DNA from: a virus
Taxonomy: Duplodnaviria > Caudoviricetes
IMG/VR virus record: IMGVR_UViG_3300019784_000376
Span: 1 to 38,494 of that record
DNA: 38,494 nt
Strand: one strand, 5' to 3'
Both the position numbers and the translations under genes were made by a program. The notes under the pieces are model-generated. The model saw only the letters and a list, made by a program, of their open reading frames with translations, ran no database searches and was not told where the DNA came from. Every line of letters starts with the position of its first letter. Position 1 is the first letter of the stretch. Below, in pieces: positions 1 through 10,203 of the stretch.

Positions 1-2
1 AG

Positions 3-128
3 GAGCGAGATTCTCGTAACCTTGATGTCCTTGCTGTACGCAAAGGAAAGATTGCTGAAGTATATCCTGACTTCTTTCCAGATGGCGTTGACGCTAACGT
101 AGTTGCTAACTTTATTGATATTGTTGCT
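3..128. repeat. Terminal direct repeat, left copy (circular assembly overlap)
   Basis: 3-128 (GAGCGAGATTCTCG...ATTGTTGCT) is identical to 38366-38491, giving a unit length of 38363 bp. Confidence 0.95.
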
Positions 129-1736
129 CGTGACCTATCAGAAGTAATGGCCCCTCTTCCTGCTGTTAACTGTTCTGCAGCCAACCAGGTATCTGACAGG
201 GCTCGTCAGTTTGCAGACAAGCGTACTCGTATCGCTTCGAACTACTTCTCACACTCTGACCTAGCAGTACAGATGTACTCGGGTGCAGATTGGTATATCA
301 CATATGGTTTCGTTCCTTTCATTATTGAATTGGACGAAGAAGCAAACCTGCCACGTATCCGCGTAGAAAATCCAATTGGGGCTTACCCAGAATTTGACCG
401 CTACGGACGTTGTGTGGCATTTGCAAAACGATACATAATGACATTGGGCGAACTCGTCACACAATTTCCTGAATACGATAGGGAACTCCTTGGTGGCTTT
501 GGCTACAAGCAGGACCTTAATGCTCAGGTTGAGATGATTCGTTATTATGACAAAGACCAATCAATCATTTATATCCCAAGCAAAGACAATCTAGTTTTAT
601 CAAAGGCTAAAAACCCTCTTGGTAAGATGATGGTAGTAATAGGACGTAAGCCATCTATTGATGGAGAACTTCGTGGACAATTTGATGATGTCCTAGGTAT
701 CCAACTACTACGCAATCGCTTCGCATTGCTTGCTATGGAGGCTGCAGAAAAATCTGTACAGGCTCCAATCGTACTTCCACAGGATGTACAAGAACTACAA
801 CTTGGTGGAGATGCGGTTATTCGTACCGCTAACCCAGCAGGTGTACGCCGCGTAGAACTTACTCTGCCACAAGGCGCGTTCACAGAACAGCAACTACTTA
901 GCCAAGAACTTCGCGTTGGTACTCGTTATCCTGAGGGACGTACAGGAAACATTGACGCATCAATCGTCACGGGTCAAGGTGTTCAGGCTCTTATGGGAGC
1001 CTTTGATACACAAGTTAAGTCTGCACAGGCAATTTTTGCATCAGCACTTCGTGATGTAATCCAGATTTGCTTTGAAGTAGACGAGATGATTTTCCCAGAA
1101 GAGAAGACCATTCGTGGCGTAGATTCAGGTTCGCCGTATGAAATTACTTACAAGCCTTCCAAGGATATCAAGAGCGACTACTCTGCTGACGTTCGCTATG
1201 GTATGCTTGCTGGTCTTAACCCAGCACAGGGTCTCATCTTTATGCTACAGGCTCTTGGTGGTAAACTAATTAGCCGAGATATGGCTATGAGAGAACTTCC
1301 ATTTACCGTTAATGTAACACAAGAATTAGAAAAGATTGAAATCGAGGATATGCGTGCAGCATTACTCGGTTCACTTACAGCCTACACTCAAGCGATTCCA
1401 CAGATGGCAACTCAAGGCCAGGACGCTTCTGAAGTAGTGCGTAAGATTGCTGCTGTGATTAAAGCACGCCAAAAGGGACAGGCACTTGAGGACGCAATTG
1501 AAGCGACCTTTGCTCCACAGCAGCAGACAGTTCCTCCTGCTGGTGCACCAGAAACGGTTGAGCAACCGTCCCCTGCTCCCGAAGGCGTTCCAGCAGGAGG
1601 CGCTACCCCTGAAGAAATGGGCGCTCCAGCAGCGCAAATGCAAGAGCAACCACCAGCAAGTCTACAAAGTTTATTATCATCTCTTAGCGGACAAGGTTCT
1701 GCAAACGCAAGCGTAAGAACTATTACTCGACGATAA
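3..1736 (+). CDS. Portal protein, 3' part. True start is ATG 38306 across the circular join (about 597 aa in total)
   Basis: The frame is open from 3 into the 147..1736 ORF. It lies downstream of terminase, has portal-like size and a Pro/Ala/Gln-rich C-terminal tail. Confidence 0.8.
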   Translation, partial: ERDSRNLDVLAVRKGKIAEVYPDFFPDGVDANVVANFIDIVARDLSEVMAPLPAVNCSAANQVSDRARQFADKRTRIASNYFSHSDLAVQMYSGADWYITYGFVPFIIELDEEANLPRIRVENPIGAYPEFDRYGRCVAFAKRYIMTLGELVTQFPEYDRELLGGFGYKQDLNAQVEMIRYYDKDQSIIYIPSKDNLVLSKAKNPLGKMMVVIGRKPSIDGELRGQFDDVLGIQLLRNRFALLAMEAAEKSVQAPIVLPQDVQELQLGGDAVIRTANPAGVRRVELTLPQGAFTEQQLLSQELRVGTRYPEGRTGNIDASIVTGQGVQALMGAFDTQVKSAQAIFASALRDVIQICFEVDEMIFPEEKTIRGVDSGSPYEITYKPSKDIKSDYSADVRYGMLAGLNPAQGLIFMLQALGGKLISRDMAMRELPFTVNVTQELEKIEIEDMRAALLGSLTAYTQAIPQMATQGQDASEVVRKIAAVIKARQKGQALEDAIEATFAPQQQTVPPAGAPETVEQPSPAPEGVPAGGATPEEMGAPAAQMQEQPPASLQSLLSSLSGQGSANASVRTITRR

Positions 1737-1750
1737 ATTAGGTGGGGACA

Positions 1751-2296
1751 ATGACAACAATCATAGGTGTGCAAAGCACAGAAGGTTGTGTCATTGTTAG
1801 TGATTCTCTTGTAGTAGCAGATGGAAAAATTTACAACCACCCTGACATGGTAAAGGCAGTTGAACGTGGAAGTTACATTATTGGTGGTGCTGGTGACTAT
1901 CGTGCTTTACAAGTGGTACTGCATGGGTGGGTTCCACCAGTAGTAACGGCAAAAGCAAAATTAAATCTTTATGAGTTTGTAATTAATAAAGTCGCTCCAT
2001 CGTTAAAGCAGACGCTAACTGAATCTGGAATTGAATTCAATAAGACAAATGATAACGAAGAGAGTAAGTTTGAACTCAGCCTTATCATTGGAATCAATGG
2101 AAGTTTGTTTGAAATTGATAGTGACTTTGCAGTAGCAATGAATAACACGGGTCTTTATGCAATTGGTTCTGGTGGCGATTATGCACTAGGTGCATTACAT
2201 GCAGGAGTATCTGCACTAGAAGCAATAAAAATTGCAGCAATTAATAACAATGAAACTTCGGCTCCATTTCACATTCTTGAACAATATATTAAGTAG
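1751..2296 (+). CDS. Proteasome-beta/HslV-like Ntn-hydrolase (threonine protease)
   Basis: N-terminus M-TTIIGV (Thr1 nucleophile), SDS at about residue 17, a conserved Lys, GGAGD and AIGSGGDYALGAL motifs; purine-rich GGTGGGGA immediately upstream of ATG 1751. Confidence 0.85.
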   Translation: MTTIIGVQSTEGCVIVSDSLVVADGKIYNHPDMVKAVERGSYIIGGAGDYRALQVVLHGWVPPVVTAKAKLNLYEFVINKVAPSLKQTLTESGIEFNKTNDNEESKFELSLIIGINGSLFEIDSDFAVAMNNTGLYAIGSGGDYALGALHAGVSALEAIKIAAINNNETSAPFHILEQYIK

Positions 2297-2304
2297 GAGG
2301 AATC

Positions 2305-2769
2305 ATGGTAGGAACACCAGGTAACAGCGGCGGTTATCGTCCAGATGCACCTCAGAATAATCCAGCAAATATTTCTGCTACAGGTGGCAATGGTCAAAGC
2401 GGAACACAGGCTGCAATGTATATGCCAGGACTTGGCTATGGACAGGGTGGCCAGAACATGGCTAACCAAACTGCTGCACCGTTGGCTGGTAATCCATCAG
2501 CAGCGGTAGCATCACAGTCTGCATCAGCAGCACCACAACTTCCACCAGTAATGGGCCTTGACCAACCGACTGAACGTCCTGACCAAGTGCTGACATACGG
2601 CGCAGATGCTGGACCAGGACCAGATTCTTCTATTTTAAATTTGCCAGCAATGTCTACGCCCGAGGTTGAAAACCCTATCCAGATTGTTCAGGCACTTTAT
2701 ATGCTTGACCCAACTAATCAAGACTTGCGATTTGTTTTGGAAGGTCTATCTAACCAGGGGCGTTTATAA
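2305..2769 (+). CDS. Hypothetical Pro/Gly/Gln-rich virion-associated protein
   Basis: Strong AGGAGG RBS; low-complexity N-terminus; sits in the head module. Confidence 0.6.
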   Translation: MVGTPGNSGGYRPDAPQNNPANISATGGNGQSGTQAAMYMPGLGYGQGGQNMANQTAAPLAGNPSAAVASQSASAAPQLPPVMGLDQPTERPDQVLTYGADAGPGPDSSILNLPAMSTPEVENPIQIVQALYMLDPTNQDLRFVLEGLSNQGRL

Positions 2770-2771
2770 GT

Positions 2772-5700
2772 ATGTCAAATTTCCCAAAGATAAAATTAGA
2801 TGCCAATGGCTTGCCAGTAATGGTTGGCGTAGAAGAACGCATCACTACACAGGACCAGGCAGACTATACTGACTTACAAAAGAGCATGTCTCTTGTCACA
2901 GGTATTGATGGCTATAACGCACGCAGAATGTTTGCTCAGAATCCTGAAGCATCTGCTGGTTTAATTACTGGACTTGCAAAGCAAGGTGCCCTTGCATCAA
3001 ATCCTATTGTTACAACTCTTGCACAAATTGACAGAATGACACAAGAAAAGCGCAAGACTGAGGCTGTCATTGCTAGCAATAAGATTTCAACTGAAAAGTT
3101 TAATAACACACTTATTGGTCAATTATGGTCAGGCCTTAAGGGTGCAACTAGAAATGTAACAGTTCTTGGTGGCACGATTGTTGAAGCGCTTGGAGCACCA
3201 TTGCGTTCTGCTATTGATGAGTTTAATCAAATTAAGAGCCAAGGTTCTTGGCAAGATGCATTCAAATGGGGTGGACCAACAGGAGAAACAAAACCTGGTG
3301 ACATTCTTAAAAGCATACCAGGACAACTTACAATATTTCAAGCCACAAAGCAACTTATCCAAGAAGGAAGAGTCGACCTTGGTGTAGGATTTTTTCCTAG
3401 TGAAGAGACAGGCGCAGCCGCTGCTGCTCGCAAAGAGCAGATAAAACTTGCAAAGGTTTCATTTAGGCAAGGTGACCAAACTTACTACCGTCCATATTCT
3501 TTGTTTGACCCTGCTGCATATGTACTGACAGGTGGTAATCCAGAATCTGGAGCAGCCCGTGTCATAGTTGCACTTGGTGAAATAGGCCTGTCTGTCTATA
3601 CTGACCCAGCCCTAGCGTATAGCAAACTTGCTAAGGCTACTGCTGACGCTAAGAAGGTTATGGAAGCCTCTACTGGAATTAAAGCAGCCAAGGCTGCTAA
3701 GCAATATTCAATTCTTGAATCACAACTCAAGGCTATGAAGGCTAAGACTGAAGCGTCTTTGGTTTCACTTAAAGGTGCTAAGACTGCAATTCAAACAGAA
3801 AAGCGTTCAGAAGCGTACCTAAAAAACTTTCAGAATCTAGCACGCATTGAAGATGAGTTTAAGAATATTAAAATTGACTATGATGGAATCTCAACATTCC
3901 TATCTGGTGAAAAAGGCTCACATATCATCGACGCAATTGCTAACGAAGATGACTGGCTTAAGATTCAGAAGATGGCTAAAGGACGCTTTACTGCTGACGA
4001 AGCAGTTGCATTGTCTAAGGCAAATACACGTGAGGAAGTTCTTCGCACAATTGCACCATTCATCGCAGATGGTGAACCATTACAGCGTGCACTAGAGACT
4101 GGTACGCGTACTGGTCGTGCCCTTAAGGGTGTAACTCGGAGCGCAGAAAACAGCGCGGCTGGTCGAGCACTTGCTGATGCATTTGAAACTGTGCTACCTA
4201 AAGGCGACCGTATCCGTGCAATGAATGCCATCCGTGGTGCATCCGCTCAGGCATTTACTCGCATGCCACTTCATGATAAGATTTTAAAGATTGCAAATGA
4301 AGTCCATATGTTTGGACGCAAGTACAACGCCCTATTGCCACAGACTGGTGGTACGCTTATCCACCTTGACAACAAGGATGAACTACTTGCTGCAGTCAAT
4401 AACGTAGGTCGCTCTATGAAACTTGACAAAGCAGTGCTAGATAACATTTTGACTGAGATTGCTACTGCAGCAGATAAGTCAAAGGCTGGTATTACTGCAA
4501 CATCTAAACTATTCAATGTAATTTTTGATAAGTATTCACCTGAATTTACAGGCGAACAACTTGATTTGTGGAAGCAAGCAACTCGAGTATTCGAAACTGA
4601 GCGCCTTAACATGTCTGCATACTGGGCAGAGCAACATGCTAAGGGTGCAGATATTACATTTGCAGTCATTGGTGGAGAAAAAATTAATCTTCATAGTGCT
4701 CATTTGGACTCAGAACTACTTAACACGTTTGTGTTCATTCCAGACCCTAAGGCAATGCAGGACTTTATTAGAACATCTAAAAAGTTTGCTGGATTAAAGT
4801 TAGGAAGAGGCGTAGTTCTTGCATCTGATGCATTGTCAGATATTAATAGTCTATGGAAGAAGTCAGTTCTCGTGCGTCCTGCGTACATTAGCCGCAATAT
4901 TATCGAAGAACAGATTCGTGTGTTTGGAACAGGACATATCTCCTTCCTAAATAGCCCACTTTCTGCTATTGGTATGTGGATTGGCCGCCCAGGTGGTGCA
5001 AAATGGAAGCAATTATTAAATCAATTTGATACTGTCAAGAATGATGTATACGGAAAGTCCTTTAAAATGGGCTCATCCGCAGAAGAATTTGCAGCAGCAG
5101 AGATTGCTGGTGAATTAGGTAATGACTATGTTGCTTTCATGTCTGATGCTATGTCAGGTATGGGTGGCGATGGTGAGATGAGTAAGATTGTCAAGTCTCT
5201 TGGCTATACAAAGGAAGTTTTTGGGCACCCTAACTGGTGGGCAGGTTTCTCAAGTCAAGTTCGTATCCTGCATAACTCAGAGTTTGTCCGCAAAGTAATT
5301 GGAACCAAGCCTGGCAAAGAACTTGACACAGTTAACTACTTCTTAAAGGGCGAAGGCCGCAAAACTCTTGACCGTTTCACAGCATCTAAGTCTGAAGAGT
5401 TTAGAAACTGGGTCAACACTGAAGACGGTTTAATGAATTTCCTATTTAAGGGAATCAATGACAAGGGTGAACAGGTATCTGTACTGGCTCGTGTAGAAGA
5501 AATGTCAGGTCGTGGTGCAGGTTCACAGTTAATCAAGGAACTTCTGGCTAAAGGTCAGGTAATGGTAGGACAAACCCTTGTTAAGATACCAACTGGCAAG
5601 GATATTGCGCAAGCAACACTAGAAGCCCAGAAGAAGGGCTTAAAGGGTAAGCGTGTAAAGATTGACCTGCATAAGGACTTTACTAAGACATTACAGCAAA

Positions 5701-7673
5701 CATTTGCTGATACTGGCAATTGGGACAACATTCTAATGACAGTACCTAAGACTGCTGTAGTCGGAGGCATGTCAAACGCAAAGATTGTAGAAGAGATATC
5801 ACAAAAATTCTTTGATGTTGCAGTAAGATTTGAAAAGACATCAACCATGGGACCTGAATGGCGTCAGTCATACTGGGATGCAATCCATGATTTGTCTAGT
5901 TCTATCAATGCCAAGGCATTAAAGGAACTTAGAGACAGTGCCCCTAAGAGTTTATCTTCATTGAGAAACCCAATTACTGGTGCAGAGATTGGCAAGCAAC
6001 ATAAAGCATGGCGTGCCCTGGATGTAGCAGACGGTAAAGGTCCTCTAACATTAGACGAAGCGCATGAATATGCGGTTAAGTATGCAAATAGAAACGTATC
6101 AGAACTATTCTATGACGCTTCAAAGCGTAACTTATTGTGGCATCAACTACGTTTGATTGCGCCATTCGGTCAAGCCTGGGAAAATACAATGAAGGCTTGG
6201 GGAAAGATTGCTTTAGATAACCCTACGGAAATCTATAAGGTTGCAAAGATTGGCGATTGGCTATCATCTACTGAGTCATCAGCCCTATATGAGTTGACAG
6301 ATGCTAAGGATTACTACGACCCGAATCAAGGATTCTTCTTTGGAGACCCAGTTACTGGTGAGCGTAAGTTCTTTGTACCGTTTGCAAGCAGTGCATTGAA
6401 TGCACTACAGGGTTTATTGCCTGGTGCATCTGAGGCTAGAGTCTCTGGTCCGTACACATTTACTGCACAACCACAGTCATTTAACTTCGCAATTGGTGCA
6501 GGAACATTCCTTCCAGGTGCAGGGTTTGGATTACTATGGGGAGTTGCAGCACTTGATGCTATCAACAAGAACCCTCTTAAGTTGCTACCTACTGAACTTG
6601 AAGAATATGTATTCAAAGTTGCATTTCCATACGGCACACCAGACATCAAGAACGCTGGCCTTCTAGAAGGTCCGCTCTTAACTGCAAACTGGGTTCGTGC
6701 ATTAAGCGGAGTATTTGGAGTTGAGTCAGGATATGCTGCAGCCTTTGCACCTAGCATGAACTACCTCGCATCTAGCGGAGAGTACGACTTACTAGACCCA
6801 AATGACCAGGCTCGCTTAACGCAAGATGGCGATAATCTTGCACGATACTTTACAATGTGGCGTGGTTTGTTTGGAGCGCTAACACCGATTCCATTTGCTA
6901 TGCGCCCTGAGGCGTTAGCAAAGAACAAGAATGGCGACACGGTACTTGCTACTGCATTATGGACTAACTTTAAGAACATTGAATCATCAGCAGGTGGAGA
7001 CAAGCCTAAGGCTTATGTTGACTTCCTAGATACATATGGACCTGAGCAGGTCTTTGCTATCATTAGGTCAACTACAGGATACGAACCAACTAACCTTCCC
7101 ACATACAATATGATTAAGAATGACCCTACAGTTGTTCAGAAGTATGCAGATGTGTATGGGTATCTATACCCTAATGGTGAACTATCAAAGGTTCTTTTCC
7201 AATACCAGAAGGAACGTGGTGCATTCGCTAGAATGTCAGCCAAAGAAGTAATGGATAAGGCAGTTAATATACTTTATACCGCATCAAAGGAACGTCTAAT
7301 GACACGCTCAGTTGGCGAGGGTTGGTCATCCACAGAGTACGATGATGCACTTAGCAACTTGACTAAGTCTTATAACCTTAGCGGTAGAGTTCAACCAGAG
7401 TATGATACTCAATGGAGAGAGCGTGCATTTGCACAAATTAGGCTAGCATCTGAAGACCCTAAGTTAGCAGACTCTAGTGCGTTGATTGCAGCACGTGCAT
7501 ACCTAGACCTGCGTGAAGATGCCATTGCTGCTAGTGGAATGAAGACACTTGCTAACAAGAAGTCTGCACCACAACGTGCATGGCTTGCTAATGAAGCATT
7601 AAGATTAATTACTAAATACCCAGACTTCCAAAAGATTTTCTATGGAGTCTTTAAGAAAGAATTGGAAGGGTAA
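2772..7673 (+). CDS. Large putative internal virion/DNA ejection protein (1633 aa)
   Basis: Very long, helix-rich ORF with hydrophobic Gly-rich segments near the C-terminus; podovirus-like context; function inferred from size and position. Confidence 0.6.
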   Translation: MSNFPKIKLDANGLPVMVGVEERITTQDQADYTDLQKSMSLVTGIDGYNARRMFAQNPEASAGLITGLAKQGALASNPIVTTLAQIDRMTQEKRKTEAVIASNKISTEKFNNTLIGQLWSGLKGATRNVTVLGGTIVEALGAPLRSAIDEFNQIKSQGSWQDAFKWGGPTGETKPGDILKSIPGQLTIFQATKQLIQEGRVDLGVGFFPSEETGAAAAARKEQIKLAKVSFRQGDQTYYRPYSLFDPAAYVLTGGNPESGAARVIVALGEIGLSVYTDPALAYSKLAKATADAKKVMEASTGIKAAKAAKQYSILESQLKAMKAKTEASLVSLKGAKTAIQTEKRSEAYLKNFQNLARIEDEFKNIKIDYDGISTFLSGEKGSHIIDAIANEDDWLKIQKMAKGRFTADEAVALSKANTREEVLRTIAPFIADGEPLQRALETGTRTGRALKGVTRSAENSAAGRALADAFETVLPKGDRIRAMNAIRGASAQAFTRMPLHDKILKIANEVHMFGRKYNALLPQTGGTLIHLDNKDELLAAVNNVGRSMKLDKAVLDNILTEIATAADKSKAGITATSKLFNVIFDKYSPEFTGEQLDLWKQATRVFETERLNMSAYWAEQHAKGADITFAVIGGEKINLHSAHLDSELLNTFVFIPDPKAMQDFIRTSKKFAGLKLGRGVVLASDALSDINSLWKKSVLVRPAYISRNIIEEQIRVFGTGHISFLNSPLSAIGMWIGRPGGAKWKQLLNQFDTVKNDVYGKSFKMGSSAEEFAAAEIAGELGNDYVAFMSDAMSGMGGDGEMSKIVKSLGYTKEVFGHPNWWAGFSSQVRILHNSEFVRKVIGTKPGKELDTVNYFLKGEGRKTLDRFTASKSEEFRNWVNTEDGLMNFLFKGINDKGEQVSVLARVEEMSGRGAGSQLIKELLAKGQVMVGQTLVKIPTGKDIAQATLEAQKKGLKGKRVKIDLHKDFTKTLQQTFADTGNWDNILMTVPKTAVVGGMSNAKIVEEISQKFFDVAVRFEKTSTMGPEWRQSYWDAIHDLSSSINAKALKELRDSAPKSLSSLRNPITGAEIGKQHKAWRALDVADGKGPLTLDEAHEYAVKYANRNVSELFYDASKRNLLWHQLRLIAPFGQAWENTMKAWGKIALDNPTEIYKVAKIGDWLSSTESSALYELTDAKDYYDPNQGFFFGDPVTGERKFFVPFASSALNALQGLLPGASEARVSGPYTFTAQPQSFNFAIGAGTFLPGAGFGLLWGVAALDAINKNPLKLLPTELEEYVFKVAFPYGTPDIKNAGLLEGPLLTANWVRALSGVFGVESGYAAAFAPSMNYLASSGEYDLLDPNDQARLTQDGDNLARYFTMWRGLFGALTPIPFAMRPEALAKNKNGDTVLATALWTNFKNIESSAGGDKPKAYVDFLDTYGPEQVFAIIRSTTGYEPTNLPTYNMIKNDPTVVQKYADVYGYLYPNGELSKVLFQYQKERGAFARMSAKEVMDKAVNILYTASKERLMTRSVGEGWSSTEYDDALSNLTKSYNLSGRVQPEYDTQWRERAFAQIRLASEDPKLADSSALIAARAYLDLREDAIAASGMKTLANKKSAPQRAWLANEALRLITKYPDFQKIFYGVFKKELEG

Positions 7674-7676
7674 ACA

Positions 7677-8939
7677 ATGCCAGTAGGACAAGCACAAGCA
7701 GAAGCCAAGCAGAAGGCTGCTAAGAAGAAAGCAGAACAATCCAAGACTGCTGCCTCACAGGCTCAACTTGAAAGAGAAGCCGCTAACAATCCTCCAACTA
7801 ATGCTGCTGGAAGTGGAACAAGCATCAGTGGTATCCCGCTAGGAACCTCTGTTATGACTGGTAAGACAGTCAGCCAGCCTCCTCAATTTGCTGGTGGTCT
7901 ACCAGTTCCTAATGCACCAGTCTTTAGCAAGGCAATCTACACAACTGATTCTCCATACTTGATTCCATCAACGATGAGCAATCAAGAGCGGGCTAATCTT
8001 CTTTTAGCATTGGGGCAGATTCCAAATCTTTACCCTAAGGGCCAGGCTCCTACGGTTGACTTTATTAAAGACATGGACAAGTCTGTAACTCTACGTCCAC
8101 TGGACTACGCAGCACTTGGCACAATGATGAAGCAGGCAGACCAGGTTGGTGAGACTTACTCACAGACAATCATGCGCTTTGTTAGTAACCCATCACTTGC
8201 AGAACAGGCATTTGGCAAGGTAACTGGTGGTGGCCCTAAGCCAATTCCAGTTACTAATCCCGAAGCACTCATTGCTGATATGACAAGCAAGTACCTTGAC
8301 CTATTCAATGTTGCACCAGATAAAAAGGTTGCTGCTGCTTATGCTAGTGAAATCAACAAGGCGCAAAAGGCTGCAGGAGTAAAGGGTTTTGCATTAAGCC
8401 AGCAACAACAAGAAGACATATTCTTGAAGTATGTGCAGAATGACGCTAACAGGCGCTATGCTGCTGCTAAGTTAACACCTGATACAGCAGATGATATGGC
8501 GCTAGAACAAGGAGCACTAGGTGCTGTTGTTCGTAGAATTCGTCAGGCTCATGCTGATAATGGTATCCCAACATCTGATAGACTTGTCTACTCAGAGGCG
8601 TTAAAGGGAATTAGAAGCGAGCAGGCTTTACAGACTGCATTAAATAATATCCAAATCCAGGCTACGACACAGTTCCCAGCATGGAAAGAAGATATTCTAA
8701 AGGGCACATCAGTTAAGACATTGCTTACTCCTTATGTAGCATCATATGAGAAGATTTATGGTAAGACACCTGCCACTACAGACCTATACGATGTTGCTTC
8801 AGGACAGACTGCTATGCCAGTACTAGCCTGGGAAAAGGCACAGTGGAAAAACCCTAAGATTAAAGAGACTCAATTCTACAAGGATACAGTCAACAATGAC
8901 CTGCGAGCCTTGGCCGATGCGTTTGGAGTTAATGTATAA
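7677..8939 (+). CDS. Putative internal virion protein
   Basis: 420 aa ORF tightly coupled to its neighbours; Ala/Gln/Lys-rich. Confidence 0.5.
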   Translation: MPVGQAQAEAKQKAAKKKAEQSKTAASQAQLEREAANNPPTNAAGSGTSISGIPLGTSVMTGKTVSQPPQFAGGLPVPNAPVFSKAIYTTDSPYLIPSTMSNQERANLLLALGQIPNLYPKGQAPTVDFIKDMDKSVTLRPLDYAALGTMMKQADQVGETYSQTIMRFVSNPSLAEQAFGKVTGGGPKPIPVTNPEALIADMTSKYLDLFNVAPDKKVAAAYASEINKAQKAAGVKGFALSQQQQEDIFLKYVQNDANRRYAAAKLTPDTADDMALEQGALGAVVRRIRQAHADNGIPTSDRLVYSEALKGIRSEQALQTALNNIQIQATTQFPAWKEDILKGTSVKTLLTPYVASYEKIYGKTPATTDLYDVASGQTAMPVLAWEKAQWKNPKIKETQFYKDTVNNDLRALADAFGVNV

Positions 8940-10081
8940 TGGCACGTAAAGATAGAGATATGCCAGATGGCGTTAACACTCCAGCATCTTTTTCAACCGT
9001 AGATGAACGAACTCAAATTCGAAAGAGACTTGGTCTTCCTCCATTAGATGTTGAACTATCTGAAACTCCAGTTGTTGAACCTGTTCCTGCTAAAACCAAA
9101 ACAGGTGAAGTTAAAAATGCAGATGGAAGCACAACTGTAATCTATAGTAATGGAACTTATGAGGTTATCCCTGCGTCACCTGCGAAGCCAGTACTTGCAA
9201 CCGAGAATCCAGTCTATGCAGCAGTACTTGCAGGCTTATCATCTTACAATATTTCAGGTCTTGCAAATACACTTACACAAATTCGTGGTGACTATCCTGA
9301 TATTTCATCAGAGGATATGCTTACACTACTACGCAGCGACCCTCGCTACAACAAGGAATACCTAAAGCGATTTGCTGGAAATGCAAAACTTGCTGCTGCT
9401 GGTAAGCCAATATTAGATGAGAAGAGTTACCTCGCTAACGAGGCTGCATATGCAAAGATTTTCAAGGCATATGATGTAGAACGATTTGCAAATACAGAAC
9501 AATACGCAACCCTGATTGGCAATGAACTAGCACCAGATGAAGTTAATGCCAGAGTATCAATGGCGTATAAGCGCATACTTAATGCCGACTCAAATGTTCT
9601 GCTAGCGTTAAGAAAGTTTGCCTCATCATTGTCTACTGGAGATTTAGTAGCAGCAATGCTTGACCCTAGAAACCAACTACCTGCACTTGAGAAGAAGATT
9701 ACATCTGCTGAAATTGGTGGCGCTGCTCTTAAGCAGGGACTACAAGCATTTGAAGCAGCAACATCTGTACAGTCAAGCATGTATTCAAATGTAATGGGTG
9801 GAACAATTGGAACCGAGGAAGCGATGCGCTCAGGTGCTACTGCTGCGACTGCTAATGTAGATTACAGAGCAATTGCAGCAGAACTTCCACGGATGGAATT
9901 CTTAAGTTCTATATCTCAAGGACTTCCACAGTACGGTCAGGTGGAAGCAGAGAAGGCTAGAATCCAAGGACTTGCATCAGAAGAAAGAAAGAAGCAAAAT
10001 TTAATTGCTCTTGAGGAAGCACGCTATGGTGGTTCTTCTGGAGTAGCAAGAACAAATTCCTCAGTCGCAGGAATTATTTAA
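8939..10081 (+). CDS. Putative internal virion protein
   Basis: 380 aa ORF with TAATG overlap to the upstream gene. Confidence 0.5.
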   Translation: MARKDRDMPDGVNTPASFSTVDERTQIRKRLGLPPLDVELSETPVVEPVPAKTKTGEVKNADGSTTVIYSNGTYEVIPASPAKPVLATENPVYAAVLAGLSSYNISGLANTLTQIRGDYPDISSEDMLTLLRSDPRYNKEYLKRFAGNAKLAAAGKPILDEKSYLANEAAYAKIFKAYDVERFANTEQYATLIGNELAPDEVNARVSMAYKRILNADSNVLLALRKFASSLSTGDLVAAMLDPRNQLPALEKKITSAEIGGAALKQGLQAFEAATSVQSSMYSNVMGGTIGTEEAMRSGATAATANVDYRAIAAELPRMEFLSSISQGLPQYGQVEAEKARIQGLASEERKKQNLIALEEARYGGSSGVARTNSSVAGII

Positions 10082-10090
10082 TAAAGAATC

Positions 10091-10173
10091 CTGAACGGAC
10101 CCATCGGCCCCGTCAGCGTAATAGACCGATAGCAAGAGCCAGCCTAGTTCCCCGACTAGATACTGAGGCTTGC
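10091..10173 (+). ncRNA. Candidate structured cis-regulatory RNA (pseudoknot plus hairpin) upstream of scaffold/capsid
   Basis: Stem CTG(A)ACGG/CCGTCAG; loop ATCGG is complementary to downstream CCGAT; second domain GCAAG..CTTGC encloses CTAGTT-CCCC-GACTAG. Confidence 0.5.
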
Positions 10174-10203
10174 GACTACAACGAATAGAAGGGTGGCGTT
10201 GCT

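Noticed and set aside
1-128. End repeat as a biological terminal repeat
   Set aside because: It falls inside the portal ORF and its 126 bp length fits a k-mer assembly overlap; the mismatched 2-3 terminal bases look like assembly noise
2772-7673. Virion RNA polymerase, toxin or lysozyme domain in the 1633 aa protein
   Set aside because: No catalytic motifs recognisable by eye; a profile search is needed
10091-10173. Known self-cleaving ribozyme (hammerhead, pistol, twister, HDV-like)
   Set aside because: I could not find the conserved catalytic cores or the required stem order
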